The notes under the pieces were generated by a model. The model was not told the origin of the DNA, searched no databases, and saw nothing but the letters and a program-made list of their open reading frames with translations. The position numbers and the translations under genes were made by a program. From a virus (lineage: Duplodnaviria; Caudoviricetes): a stretch of DNA of 24,247 bases. Of this stretch, positions 9,768 through 20,056 are shown one piece after another. Each line of letters starts with the position of its first letter. Position 1 is the first letter of the stretch. Where the stretch lies: the IMG/VR virus record IMGVR_UViG_3300022930_000029, positions 1-24,247 of that record, one strand, 5' to 3'.

Positions 9768-9798
9768 TTTAAAAAATCCGGCGAAAAGGATATTTTTG
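9768..9798 (+). promoter_or_regulatory. Putative Bacteroidota primary-sigma promoter (-7 box TAnnTTTG)
   Basis: TATTTTTG at 9791-9798 matches TAnnTTTG exactly, in the only intergenic gap, after a terminator and 18 nt before the ATG at 9817. The -33 element is imperfect (TTTA 9768-9771, 19-nt spacer). The leader is AT-rich with no Shine-Dalgarno. Confidence 0.6.
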
Positions 9799-9803
9799 CC
9801 AGA
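9777..9803. repeat. Imperfect inverted repeat overlapping the -7 box
   Basis: TCCGGCGAAAA-GGATA-TTTTTGCCAGA: 11-nt arms with 9/11 Watson-Crick pairs, plus one G-U if RNA. Confidence 0.5.
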
Positions 9804-9816
9804 CAAATCCATTTAA

Positions 9817-12645
9817 ATGAGCAATTACCTCACCCAACCGGCAGACTATGGCAAGACCATAAGCGTATCCAACGTACCGTTGCTGTATAACGTACTTTCT
9901 TACAGACAGGGAAAATACGACCAGAATAAGGCAATGATTGACCAGACGCTCCAGCAATATGGGGAAATTGACCTTAAACCGGCGGACAAGGATTATCTTG
10001 CACAAAGGCTTCAGGGAATAGTCAATCTGGTGAATCAATCCGGAAGCATAGATTTTTCCAGAAACAATGTGGCAAGCAGGATTCAGGGACAGGTAAAACT
10101 TGCTTTGGATGACAGGGTTCTTACAGGTTTCTCGGAGATGAAAAAATTCAGGAATTATGAGAATCAGGTGGGTGAGGTAAAATCAAAGAAACCTGAACTT
10201 TACAGTGATCTTAATTACTCATATGGACTTGAAAAATCAAATTCAAGACAGTGGTACAATGACCAGACAGGTGAGGTAAGACTCGGGGAACTTAACTACA
10301 CTCCCTACAGCAATGTACCGGCAATCATAGACGATAAAGTCAGTAAGTGGGCAAAGGATGCAGGCCTTGAAAAGATGGTGACTCAGGATGGCTCAAATCC
10401 TTATTATATAGTAAAGGCAACACATGAAAGGGTGTCGGAGGATAAGATAAAGAATTACATAAATTCCATCATAGACCCTAATATGGCTGCCCAGATGAAA
10501 GTTAATTCTTGGGGAGCGTATGGAGGAGACAGTCCTGAAAACCTCACAATAAAATATGATGAATTTCTTGACAGTAAAATAAACGACAACCAATCACAAA
10601 TTGCAAAACTGGAAGCCGAGAAAGCAAATCAGACTGGTGAAAACCTCATATCATACGAGAAGCAGATTTCAGACTATACTTTCCAGAATGAGAACTATAC
10701 AAAACAGAAAGGCGGAAATTATAATCGTGACACGGCGGAATTCCAGATGTACCATAACGGACTTTTAAACTCATTTGCCAATAACTATAAAAAAGATATG
10801 GTCACGGACATCGACTATGATGACATGCCACTACAAATTAAAAAATATGAGCTTGATGTAGCAAAAGCCGCAGGAGCAAAAACAGATAAGAACGGAAATG
10901 TCGTTGCTGGTGATTTTTACAGGGCAGAGGACACAGGTGCACAAATTAATGATACGGAAGATACTGCGCCATATTTGCAGAAGATAACAAGCAGTGTGGT
11001 TGATACCCAAGCCGATCTGGATAAATACTTGGTTGAGACAACCCCTGAATACGCAAAGATGTCAAACCCGGAAAAGAAGCAGTACAGGGTAGGCCTCATC
11101 CAATCCAATGCAAGACAGGATTTGAATGCAAAAGGGTATTCCGATGCACTTGTACAGAAAGTTGATGCCTATGTGAGTTCGGCAAATGCTTACACCGACT
11201 ACAAAGGAACTGTAAATCAGGAGTTTGACAAGTACGTTGCAAAGACTTATGATGCATTATTGGGTGGTAAGGCCGAGGACTTGGTTCCGCAGAATCTTGC
11301 CGGAGCATTACCAACAACTTCACGGGCACTCGTAAAGGGCACCACTTATAACAATCTCAGCCCCAACGAAAAAGCCCTTGTCAATTTTGAGGTGGCCACA
11401 AACTTCCTCGCCGAGGAGGATGGCATGAGCAATAAGGAAAAAATGGTTCTCAGGACTTATGTTGCCGGATTGAAAAATCAGAAAAATCTTCCAAAAGAGG
11501 TTAAGCAAAAGATGCAGGACATTGAGGATTCAAGTTCTTCAGATGGTTTTGCAACATATACTTTGAAATCTCAGGCTATCAATGCCAAAAGAATAGGCAT
11601 GGGAATAATGGATGCCATAGATGTAGTAAATCCTTTTCTCAATGCGGAGGAAAAAACTGCAAGGTTCAATAACAGGCTCAACGGTTATAATCAATTAAAT
11701 ACTCAATCTAACCAACTCAATAATAGACAATCAAACAACCTATTCACTTTTAATCAGGATACCGGTGTAAGCGAAATTGAATCAAGCGATATTACACTTG
11801 CTCCCGGAGTAGGACTCAGTGAGGATTTTAGGAATACAGTAAGTGCAATTACCCAGAAAGCCAATGAAAAGGCTATGGGAGCGGCACCAAACAAGACTCA
11901 GGAATTTAAATTCACTTTCAATCCAGCGCAAAAGGCAGAGATCCCAGTAGCACAGGAATTACAGAAAGTGATATTCTCAAAGAACAATGTAGTCCCGGAC
12001 AAGGAATCACTTATGAACCTCACCGTCAATGAACAGGCACAAACTGCTACAATTGATTACAACGTAACAACCGGTTCAGGAAAGGACAAGGTGACTTCGG
12101 TGGAGAGTACTACGGTGAGCATCAACGAATTGCCCCCAATAGTAAAGAATAATATCAATACCCAGCAGGCACTATGGTCAAGATCGGTAAAGAATCCTTA
12201 TGCCGTCACCAAGACCTTTGATGCCTCTGTAATGAATACGGCCAACGAGAGGGAATTGGTATTGAGGAGCTTCACGGAAAATAATCCCAATGTCCTTACA
12301 AACGATATGCTTTACAACCTGCAATCAAACCCATTGCAGTCACCGTTCAAGACAAAACAGGATTGGGCTTATGTCCTTCCACAACAATATGGGCAACAGT
12401 TTGTGCAGAATAACGCAGAACCAATTGCTCAGATTTTAAATTCAAAATACTCTGTAAAATATGAACCATCCCCAAGTAAAGGATATGTGGCCAAGGTATA
12501 TAAGGATGAAGTGTTATTGCCTAATGGAACAATACCGACCGGCAAGACAGACTTTGATAATGCCTCATTCAATATCCAGACAAGGGTTCTCATAGACCAG
12601 ATAATCCAATCACAAATAAAAGACCTTTACCTCAATGCCAGATAG
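9817..12645 (+). CDS. Putative internal virion (cargo/ejection) protein, 942 aa
   Basis: Long ORF after the promoter. Helical N-terminus (QGKYDQN, LNYTPYSNV), no Cys, no recognisable catalytic motif. Function inferred from synteny only. Confidence 0.55.
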   Translation: MSNYLTQPADYGKTISVSNVPLLYNVLSYRQGKYDQNKAMIDQTLQQYGEIDLKPADKDYLAQRLQGIVNLVNQSGSIDFSRNNVASRIQGQVKLALDDRVLTGFSEMKKFRNYENQVGEVKSKKPELYSDLNYSYGLEKSNSRQWYNDQTGEVRLGELNYTPYSNVPAIIDDKVSKWAKDAGLEKMVTQDGSNPYYIVKATHERVSEDKIKNYINSIIDPNMAAQMKVNSWGAYGGDSPENLTIKYDEFLDSKINDNQSQIAKLEAEKANQTGENLISYEKQISDYTFQNENYTKQKGGNYNRDTAEFQMYHNGLLNSFANNYKKDMVTDIDYDDMPLQIKKYELDVAKAAGAKTDKNGNVVAGDFYRAEDTGAQINDTEDTAPYLQKITSSVVDTQADLDKYLVETTPEYAKMSNPEKKQYRVGLIQSNARQDLNAKGYSDALVQKVDAYVSSANAYTDYKGTVNQEFDKYVAKTYDALLGGKAEDLVPQNLAGALPTTSRALVKGTTYNNLSPNEKALVNFEVATNFLAEEDGMSNKEKMVLRTYVAGLKNQKNLPKEVKQKMQDIEDSSSSDGFATYTLKSQAINAKRIGMGIMDAIDVVNPFLNAEEKTARFNNRLNGYNQLNTQSNQLNNRQSNNLFTFNQDTGVSEIESSDITLAPGVGLSEDFRNTVSAITQKANEKAMGAAPNKTQEFKFTFNPAQKAEIPVAQELQKVIFSKNNVVPDKESLMNLTVNEQAQTATIDYNVTTGSGKDKVTSVESTTVSINELPPIVKNNINTQQALWSRSVKNPYAVTKTFDASVMNTANERELVLRSFTENNPNVLTNDMLYNLQSNPLQSPFKTKQDWAYVLPQQYGQQFVQNNAEPIAQILNSKYSVKYEPSPSKGYVAKVYKDEVLLPNGTIPTGKTDFDNASFNIQTRVLIDQIIQSQIKDLYLNAR

Positions 12646-15600
12646 TCCTTATAGCTTAGTACAGGAAAACCTTGACAGGTCAAATCGTCAATTGGATCTG
12701 ATCAAGAACAATATCCAGTTGCAGGCTCCCGCACCTCAAAACCAAATGGCTCAAAATCTACCAACTTGGAATGCGGACGATATTTTGGGCAGCCCTAAAC
12801 AGTCGTCTCAGGAATTTTCCAACATTACCTTGGCAAGCCAGTATGAGGAATTAAATAGCGGGGAAAGGATTGCAAAATTTCCAAATTACTCCACATATTT
12901 GAATTCCGAGGAGCTTCTGGCTCAGAATCAATCCACCGGAGAAAAGTGGAAGAACGGCCTTACCAAATTCATAGGCAAGACGGGTGTTGCAGCAATAGGA
13001 GGCACCATAGGTGTGGTAAACGATCTTGTGGCCGGTATCAACCAAGGCAGTATGGAAGCGGCCTATAATTCCGATTTAAGTAAATGGCTTGACGATCTCA
13101 ATACAAAACTTGATTACAAACTACCCAATTACTATACACAGCAGGAACGAGGCGAGGGATTTCTTTCAAGTACCACCAATGCAAATTTCTGGGCTAATGA
13201 TGTCTTGGGAGGACTTTCATTCACCACTGGTGCAATCTTATCGGAAGGAATATGGGCAGCGGCAACAGGTGGAACTTCATTATTGTCATCAGCGGGAAGG
13301 TGGAGTACCAAGGCAATAGGCGCAGAAAAAACTTTTAAAGCACTAAACCAGTGGAAAGCAATATCCAAGGCACCGTTTGTGGAGAGTTTCCGCGCAGGAG
13401 AAAATGCCGTTGAAGGCGTTGCAGAAATAACGGATGCCTATAAAACGGCAGTCAATACCTTATCAAAAGGTAAGAAACTCGGTGACCAGACCAGATTTTT
13501 CTTCACCTCGGCAGGATATGAGGCCGCAGTGGAGGCACGTCATTACATGAAGGAAACCGAGGAGAAATGGCTTCAGGATTTCAAGAATGGGAATGGACGC
13601 ACACCAAGCGTTGAGGAGATGAGTAAGTTCAAGGAAGGGCTTACAAATTCAGCAAATGCCGTATTCCTAACCAATTTACCACTCATAGGTGCTTCCAACG
13701 CAATTACTTTCGGAAAACTTGCCTTAGGCAAATCCGTGAGCGAGGGTGTTTCCGATAATTTCCTTAAGAGGAATCTTTTTGGAGTGGGCTTCGAGAAAGG
13801 CATTGACGGCACATTTACGGCAGTTAAGTCCAGTGCAGCACAAAAGATTGCCGGAAAGACTTGGGGAATAGCAAAATACGGACTCTTGGAAGGAGTCGTG
13901 GAAGAGGGTGGACAATCGATTATTACCGGCACGGCACAGAATTACATATTAAAAGGGTATGATGAAAACAACCTAAAGACCACTTATGACTTGGCAGATG
14001 CCATGTATGATGCCGTATCACACACATATGGAACATCCGAGGGATTCAAGGAAGTCGGCATAGGCATCCTTATTGGTATCCTTGGTGGCGGAGTTTCGGA
14101 CGCAACCACCGGCGCAGGGTTCTTCAACAGCGTAGGGCAGGAAAGAAGTGAAATCGAGACGGCAGTGGAATACAGAAACGGTTTTACGGCTCAGACAGTC
14201 ATTGACCGCCTCAAGTCAAGTTCCCGCATAATGGATGCCCAAAACAGAAGCGAGACGGCAGCAAACAGAAACGACCTTACCGGACAGATAATTTCGGATA
14301 AGGAGGCCATGCTCATATCAATTGCAAGGGATGAGAAATTTCAGGGAGTTGATCAGGGAAAACTTGATTTCGCACAGGCACTCAATCAGACTCCAAATGC
14401 TGAGATGGCTCAGGCACTCAGTATTCCAGTAGGGGAAATCCCGGCATGGAAAGAGACAAAAATCAATGAATACAATAATCTTGCCGATACGCATGTAAAA
14501 AACCTACAGTTTGCTGATTCACTATTGGGCTCGACAAAAATTGCTGGTTTCAACCAACGTTCGGACTTACGCGAGGCAATTGCGGCAAACTTTACCTTGG
14601 GTGAGAATTCCCTGAAACTTTCGCAGGATTATACCAGACTCATAAAAACCAATGTAGCTAATATCAATGCAAACAATGCAGTGGATGTGGATTTTGTATT
14701 GGATCAGATTGCAACAAATAAAAAACAGAACTACAACAGTAAGGCAAAACAGGTTGAAGTTGCAAACAAGAGATTCGAGCAGGTAGCCAAAAGGGTAGTG
14801 AACCTTGAGCAATCATCTTCCACGGATAACGAAAGCTACAAGACAGAACTCACCTCGGCCAGAAAGGAACTCATAGAACTTGAGAGCCAGATGAATCAGC
14901 TTGAAACAGAGAAACAGACAGCCTTTGCAGCACTTGGCGTGGAAAATTTTGCCAGCGGCACTTTGATCACCCCACAGATGCTCGATAGTCAGAATGCAAA
15001 TATAGCCGAACTCGGACGTACCTTACAGGACATAAAACAAACCGACCCTCAAAGACATGCCATGATTGAAAAACTCATCTATGAGCAGTCAAAGGCAGTG
15101 AGATATGCCAAGGAATTGGATATTGTAAGCCGTAAGATTTTAGACCCGCAGACACGTGTAAAAACCATAGACGGATGGGTTGACAATCTTGCCTTGGGCA
15201 GAAAACAACTCAATGAATCAACGGCAGCGTTTTTCTCTGGTACACTTGACAGCTACCGCACTAGTATAGACAATGCAACAACGGTTGACAGTCAGGCATC
15301 AATAACCCAGAATACATATATTGCATTCCAGAATGGCGTACAACCATCGCCGCAATATTTACAGGAGCTCCAAGATAAGGTAAAGGAGGGCACTTCGCTC
15401 AACAAAATGGAGCAGGAAATGTACGATACAAATCAGGTTCAGGCCGTGGAGAATGATGAGGATTCAATCCCTGCACCGGAAGTAATAAGGACACCAACCG
15501 AATCGGTACAAGGCAAGATTGATAACATTCTTAATTCCGAGCAATATCTTCCAATTTACACCGGCAATAATGCGCAGGAGCTCCAAAAAAACCAAACCAC

Positions 15601-17740
15601 TCAGGAAGACAAGGACAGGTATCAGGAACTTGAGGGCAAGATACCATTGGGGCAAAAAGAAAACTGGCAGCTTTATCTTTATAATGAAACACCATTCTCG
15701 GAAAGTTTTGGACTGACGCAGGAGGAAGCCAATGAATTGCAGATCCTTAACCAGAAACTCAATGATTGGAAACTCCTTGACGGGGTAAGGGATGAGGATT
15801 CTTCCGTGGCAGAATGGATGAGTGTCCTAAATGACATGAATGCGCCTAATCCTATAAACGAGGTTAAGACGGAATTTGACACAAAGGATTACGTTTCCAT
15901 TGCAAAGTCGGAGGAAATCCCTGTAAACACATCTAATGGCGTATCCGTATCAACATTGAATGTACCGGATAAGGTCGGCGTAGTAAAGACCGGCAAGCAA
16001 TATGAATTCAGTTTCATAAACATCCAGAGCTTCCAGAAATTGTTTCCGGGATCGCAACTGATGTATGTAGAGAAAAACGGCGCGGAAAAAGTACCGGACG
16101 ACAAGCTCCTGAAAAAATACGGAAAGAAAGAGGGACAGAAATTCAAGTTAAGGATAGGTGAGAAAGGATTATTGTTCACCATAGGACAGAGATCTAGGAT
16201 AAATGTGGATATTGAACAATTCGATGCAGTGGCTCCGCAATCCACCATGAAGATAGCACAATTCGGCAGTGAAAAATTTGCATTGGTCTACAATACCTTG
16301 GACAGTGGAGAGCTCATTCCTATGGAGTCGGATTTTACATTCAAGACCACCAATGGCCAGAACTTCGTAAACAAACAATTATTGAATTCACTTCCAAGCG
16401 GCACACAATTAAGGACAGTAGTGGATTCGGACAGCAGCTACAACCAGCAATTGTTTGATGACTTAAAAGCGGCGGAAAAGAAATTCAATTCAGAAAAGAT
16501 AAATGAGCAAGAGTTAAATGAGGTTATTAATTACGTAAAGGCAAACCTTGAGATATATGCCTATGCAAACAATGAATTCGTAGGTTCGATGAGAAGTCTT
16601 GGAGACAAGGTGAAAATGGACGTTTCAGTTGAAAGAAACTCCCAACTCAGAAACAAGGCATTCGAACTTTTACAGGTGAACGAATTTAAGGGTCAGATTG
16701 ATCTTCAGCAGACACTTGCATTGAACGCTGTGTTACTTGCCCCGCCAAATCTACGTATGAATAATGATGCCACGGTACAAAACATAGATTTCACAGAAGA
16801 GGCATTACAGAACGTAGTTGGAACCGGTTATATACAAGATGGGCAAGTGTCAACGGTATTCAATCAGGACAAACTCAACACAACTTACATAAAACCAATC
16901 TCGGCAAAAAATAATGGCCAAAAAATACCATTCGTAATTGTAAGGCTGGGGGAAACAAGGAATGTTGCATATCCGATAACCCTGAACAAGACCACGGTTG
17001 ACAAGTCACAGCCACTTATTGAAATCCTGAATTCCCCGGACATATCAAAGGCAAACAAGGCAGGCAAGTTCATAATTACCATGAAGGAGAACGGGATTGC
17101 AAATAACAGGATAGATTTCACCTTGGAAGACTGGTGGATTGGCAATGCCGAGGTGGACTCATCCTTAGAAAAGCTGGCCAATGTGGAACAGCATCTGGAT
17201 ATAAACACACTATCTGGAAAAGTTTCCAATGAAATACTTGCAAATAGTGCCCAGATTTCCGTAGATTTGTCGAATATTGGAAATGCATTCTCCGCCGGTA
17301 AGCCACTCATCACAATTTCAGAGGTAAAACCATATGACGGATTGCAGACCCTCAATGAGCAGTATGGAAATGTAGAGGAACAAAGGACAGCGTTGGAACG
17401 GGACTTATCAAATGATTTGGTGGAGATGTATGCAGAGGTTAATTCAAACCCGGCCTTTGAGAAGATAAGCAATAAATTCACCGATGTATTTGATGAGGCA
17501 GATGTGGACACTATGGCAGATTCATATACGTCATTCAGGAAAAATATCAAGATCCTGAGAAATGCCCTGAATAACGTGACACCAAATGTCAAGAAAATTC
17601 TTGGAGCTGAAAATCTCACGGAGCTTAACAATAAACTGGCATCATTTGACGCTTTACAGAAAAAAGAAAAAAATATCAAGATAGAAATCCGCAGCAAGGA
17701 AATCGAGAACCAATTAGAGAATTCAAAAACCAACTGTTAA
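12635..17740 (+). CDS. Giant internal virion protein with N-terminal Gly-rich hydrophobic helices, 1701 aa
   Basis: 11-nt overlap with the upstream gene. Motifs AQNQSTGEKWKNG, LPNYYT, NFWANDVLGGLSFTTGAIL, EAAVEAR, EGVVEEGGQ, VGIGILIGILGGG resemble the first giant cargo protein of crAss-like phages (from memory). Coiled-coil middle. The only Cys is the last residue. Confidence 0.6.
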   Translation: MPDSPYSLVQENLDRSNRQLDLIKNNIQLQAPAPQNQMAQNLPTWNADDILGSPKQSSQEFSNITLASQYEELNSGERIAKFPNYSTYLNSEELLAQNQSTGEKWKNGLTKFIGKTGVAAIGGTIGVVNDLVAGINQGSMEAAYNSDLSKWLDDLNTKLDYKLPNYYTQQERGEGFLSSTTNANFWANDVLGGLSFTTGAILSEGIWAAATGGTSLLSSAGRWSTKAIGAEKTFKALNQWKAISKAPFVESFRAGENAVEGVAEITDAYKTAVNTLSKGKKLGDQTRFFFTSAGYEAAVEARHYMKETEEKWLQDFKNGNGRTPSVEEMSKFKEGLTNSANAVFLTNLPLIGASNAITFGKLALGKSVSEGVSDNFLKRNLFGVGFEKGIDGTFTAVKSSAAQKIAGKTWGIAKYGLLEGVVEEGGQSIITGTAQNYILKGYDENNLKTTYDLADAMYDAVSHTYGTSEGFKEVGIGILIGILGGGVSDATTGAGFFNSVGQERSEIETAVEYRNGFTAQTVIDRLKSSSRIMDAQNRSETAANRNDLTGQIISDKEAMLISIARDEKFQGVDQGKLDFAQALNQTPNAEMAQALSIPVGEIPAWKETKINEYNNLADTHVKNLQFADSLLGSTKIAGFNQRSDLREAIAANFTLGENSLKLSQDYTRLIKTNVANINANNAVDVDFVLDQIATNKKQNYNSKAKQVEVANKRFEQVAKRVVNLEQSSSTDNESYKTELTSARKELIELESQMNQLETEKQTAFAALGVENFASGTLITPQMLDSQNANIAELGRTLQDIKQTDPQRHAMIEKLIYEQSKAVRYAKELDIVSRKILDPQTRVKTIDGWVDNLALGRKQLNESTAAFFSGTLDSYRTSIDNATTVDSQASITQNTYIAFQNGVQPSPQYLQELQDKVKEGTSLNKMEQEMYDTNQVQAVENDEDSIPAPEVIRTPTESVQGKIDNILNSEQYLPIYTGNNAQELQKNQTTQEDKDRYQELEGKIPLGQKENWQLYLYNETPFSESFGLTQEEANELQILNQKLNDWKLLDGVRDEDSSVAEWMSVLNDMNAPNPINEVKTEFDTKDYVSIAKSEEIPVNTSNGVSVSTLNVPDKVGVVKTGKQYEFSFINIQSFQKLFPGSQLMYVEKNGAEKVPDDKLLKKYGKKEGQKFKLRIGEKGLLFTIGQRSRINVDIEQFDAVAPQSTMKIAQFGSEKFALVYNTLDSGELIPMESDFTFKTTNGQNFVNKQLLNSLPSGTQLRTVVDSDSSYNQQLFDDLKAAEKKFNSEKINEQELNEVINYVKANLEIYAYANNEFVGSMRSLGDKVKMDVSVERNSQLRNKAFELLQVNEFKGQIDLQQTLALNAVLLAPPNLRMNNDATVQNIDFTEEALQNVVGTGYIQDGQVSTVFNQDKLNTTYIKPISAKNNGQKIPFVIVRLGETRNVAYPITLNKTTVDKSQPLIEILNSPDISKANKAGKFIITMKENGIANNRIDFTLEDWWIGNAEVDSSLEKLANVEQHLDINTLSGKVSNEILANSAQISVDLSNIGNAFSAGKPLITISEVKPYDGLQTLNEQYGNVEEQRTALERDLSNDLVEMYAEVNSNPAFEKISNKFTDVFDEADVDTMADSYTSFRKNIKILRNALNNVTPNVKKILGAENLTELNNKLASFDALQKKEKNIKIEIRSKEIENQLENSKTNC

Positions 17741-20056
17741 ATGGGAATAGCCTGTAGCTTAAATAAGGACAAGAACGGAAACGTAATATCGGCCACGACA
17801 TCCTCTGGGGAAAAATCAATTCTATTTGAGGAAGCCCTAAAGATTTCCGATCAGGCAGTGGACATATATGCACTTGCCGACACGCCCACATTCAAGAGTG
17901 AGGTGGAACAACCACTGAAAGAGGCACACAAGGCCAAAATTCAAAGCAGGCTCAACAGCGATGTGAGGGTAAACCAATCCTCGAATGTAATTACGGATGC
18001 AAGCAATGGTGCCAAATTAAAGCTCAAATCTTTCCGCGATGGCGTTACCGTATCAAATACTTCCGGAGATGCCTCCCAAGGGATATACATAAGCGCAATC
18101 AAGTCGGCAATAGACCAAGACCAGAGTTTTTACTTAAATCCCGGCGAAGAGATCACAAATACTGTACAATCTTTAGGGATAACGGTTCAGGACGGCAAGA
18201 AAATAAAAATTCCTGCCTTTCCAAGTGAGTTCTATTCCAACGGGGAACCAACGGTCGAAACCGTATTAGGATTCTTGGACAGGAAAAACACCCCGGAGTC
18301 ATTGGACGAATTCGAACAGGCAGAGGTGAAAGTCGCCATGACCTACACCAACCTTAAGAATTCAGATGAACTTTTGAGGGCTCTAAGGACAGGTTTCCCG
18401 ACTTCCGGAGCGACAAGACAGACACTTTCCCAAGCGGGTATCTATACTTCGGGAGAGATAAAAAATATCCTTGAAAATTCGGCAATAGAAAAACAGATAC
18501 AGAAACTCATTCAAAAGTTGTCCAATAGTGAAACTTCCATAGATAATGATATTTACTTGGAGGACACATTCAGGACAACATCTGTATTTGATACCAATGT
18601 GATAGGAAAAGTAACCGAGGATAATCCATTTCTGAATGAACAGGATGCCCTGCAACAAATCGGCGGTTACAAGACCACAGAACAATATGATGCGGCCTTG
18701 GAGGAGTCTGATCTGGAATATCTTAAAGATAATGGGCAATATATGTTCGGTGAATTCTCCCAGTACAACAGGATTCCTGTAAAACAAATCATAAATGGGG
18801 TATTAACGGACAGAAGAGTTACCGAGACCCTTGAGACCTTGGAGGCAACATTACAGTATCCAACCAACACCGCCTTGCAGGAAAGGATAAATGGGTTGCA
18901 GGTATCGGAAAGTATCTGGGAAACCTCACCGGAAGAAATTACGACCCTTTTGAGAGCCCTGAACTTCGAGGCCACAAATATAGCATTGGACTTGACAACT
19001 TTGCAGGACTTATACGATGTAAAATCTTATAGTGAGTTTCAGGGATTATTAGTAGAGATGAACAATCTTTTCATTAATCCAACACAGGAAAACCTTGAAA
19101 GTTTTGCAAGAATCTATGATGAATTTTTTGATAATGACTTAAACGCCGCAGTTGAGGTAAGAAAAGTAGACTATCATTTTCGAGACAAATCCCTCATTTC
19201 CCTTGACACAAATCAGACTGCCTATGAGACATTTGAACAATTTGGTATATTGCCGGTACAGGACACAGTATATCAAAAGACAGATGCTTTGAGGCAGGAT
19301 CTGGAGTCAACCTACAATAAGATTTATGAATTGGAAAGACTTCCACGCGAGGCCTATGGGAGTGTTGCAATAGACAAGAACGGCGAATTCAACAGACAGA
19401 AATATCTTGCCAACAAGGAACAGGTCATACAGAACATGAAAAACTGGGTAAGGAGTCAGACCAACCAGATAGAGGTACCACAAGATTTCAACAGCGAAAT
19501 TTTGGAGAAAATGGTATTATACTCAAGGCATTTCGGAAACCCTTTGAACAACTCAAAACCGGTTCCGACACCCGAGGAATTCTATACACAGAGCCAGATG
19601 CAGATTGACCCTACACAATACCGTATAAATATGTTGAAAGAAAAAAACAAGAATTCACTTGCATATAAGGAATTTTATAATAACTTTGCAGACCCAATAA
19701 GTTTGGCACTGAAACAGCCTTATATAAAAGAACAGAATATTGACATGGATGATTACATAGTGGATGATAACCTTTTGCGCGATTATTATAATACCTACCC
19801 AATTGCAGTTCCAATGTTCACCGGAGTCTACCAGAACTTGCAGGATAACCTGATTTTGGCACAGAGCAAGAGACCTTTCATAAGAATCAATACAGAAGGT
19901 TATGAACTTGTGCAGAATAAAGGAAACAGTTCATTCTATTCACCATTGTCACAGGAAATTCCACAGGTAAACCTTGACGCATACAACTACCTTATAGATT
20001 CTCATCAGCCTGAGACAGAACTTAAAAAAACCAACACTAATATACTTAATTGCTAA
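17741..20056 (+). CDS. Uncharacterised internal virion protein, 771 aa
   Basis: ATG directly follows the upstream TAA. Acidic and helical, with Cys only at positions 5 and 771. N-terminus is similar to that of the next gene. Confidence 0.55.
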   Translation: MGIACSLNKDKNGNVISATTSSGEKSILFEEALKISDQAVDIYALADTPTFKSEVEQPLKEAHKAKIQSRLNSDVRVNQSSNVITDASNGAKLKLKSFRDGVTVSNTSGDASQGIYISAIKSAIDQDQSFYLNPGEEITNTVQSLGITVQDGKKIKIPAFPSEFYSNGEPTVETVLGFLDRKNTPESLDEFEQAEVKVAMTYTNLKNSDELLRALRTGFPTSGATRQTLSQAGIYTSGEIKNILENSAIEKQIQKLIQKLSNSETSIDNDIYLEDTFRTTSVFDTNVIGKVTEDNPFLNEQDALQQIGGYKTTEQYDAALEESDLEYLKDNGQYMFGEFSQYNRIPVKQIINGVLTDRRVTETLETLEATLQYPTNTALQERINGLQVSESIWETSPEEITTLLRALNFEATNIALDLTTLQDLYDVKSYSEFQGLLVEMNNLFINPTQENLESFARIYDEFFDNDLNAAVEVRKVDYHFRDKSLISLDTNQTAYETFEQFGILPVQDTVYQKTDALRQDLESTYNKIYELERLPREAYGSVAIDKNGEFNRQKYLANKEQVIQNMKNWVRSQTNQIEVPQDFNSEILEKMVLYSRHFGNPLNNSKPVPTPEEFYTQSQMQIDPTQYRINMLKEKNKNSLAYKEFYNNFADPISLALKQPYIKEQNIDMDDYIVDDNLLRDYYNTYPIAVPMFTGVYQNLQDNLILAQSKRPFIRINTEGYELVQNKGNSSFYSPLSQEIPQVNLDAYNYLIDSHQPETELKKTNTNILNC

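Noticed and set aside
10702-10716. KQKGG (and HKDGG at 7918-7932) as further xxGG motifs
   Set aside because: They lack the leading M/Y/L residue and appear to lie inside domains, so they were not counted.
10807-10821. DIDYD in the 942-aa protein as an RNAP DxDxD motif
   Set aside because: It lacks the DFD core and surrounding RNAP context, and lies in an acidic linker.
16885-17733. 282-aa minus-strand ORF
   Set aside because: Antisense shadow of the 1701-aa gene with S/F/L-rich composition and no independent expression signals.
17729-17790. Split intein suggested by Asn-Cys and Cys-Ser-Leu at the gene junctions
   Set aside because: The geometry is wrong (NC is at the extreme C-terminus with no extein) and I see no intein blocks such as TxxH or a terminal HN.
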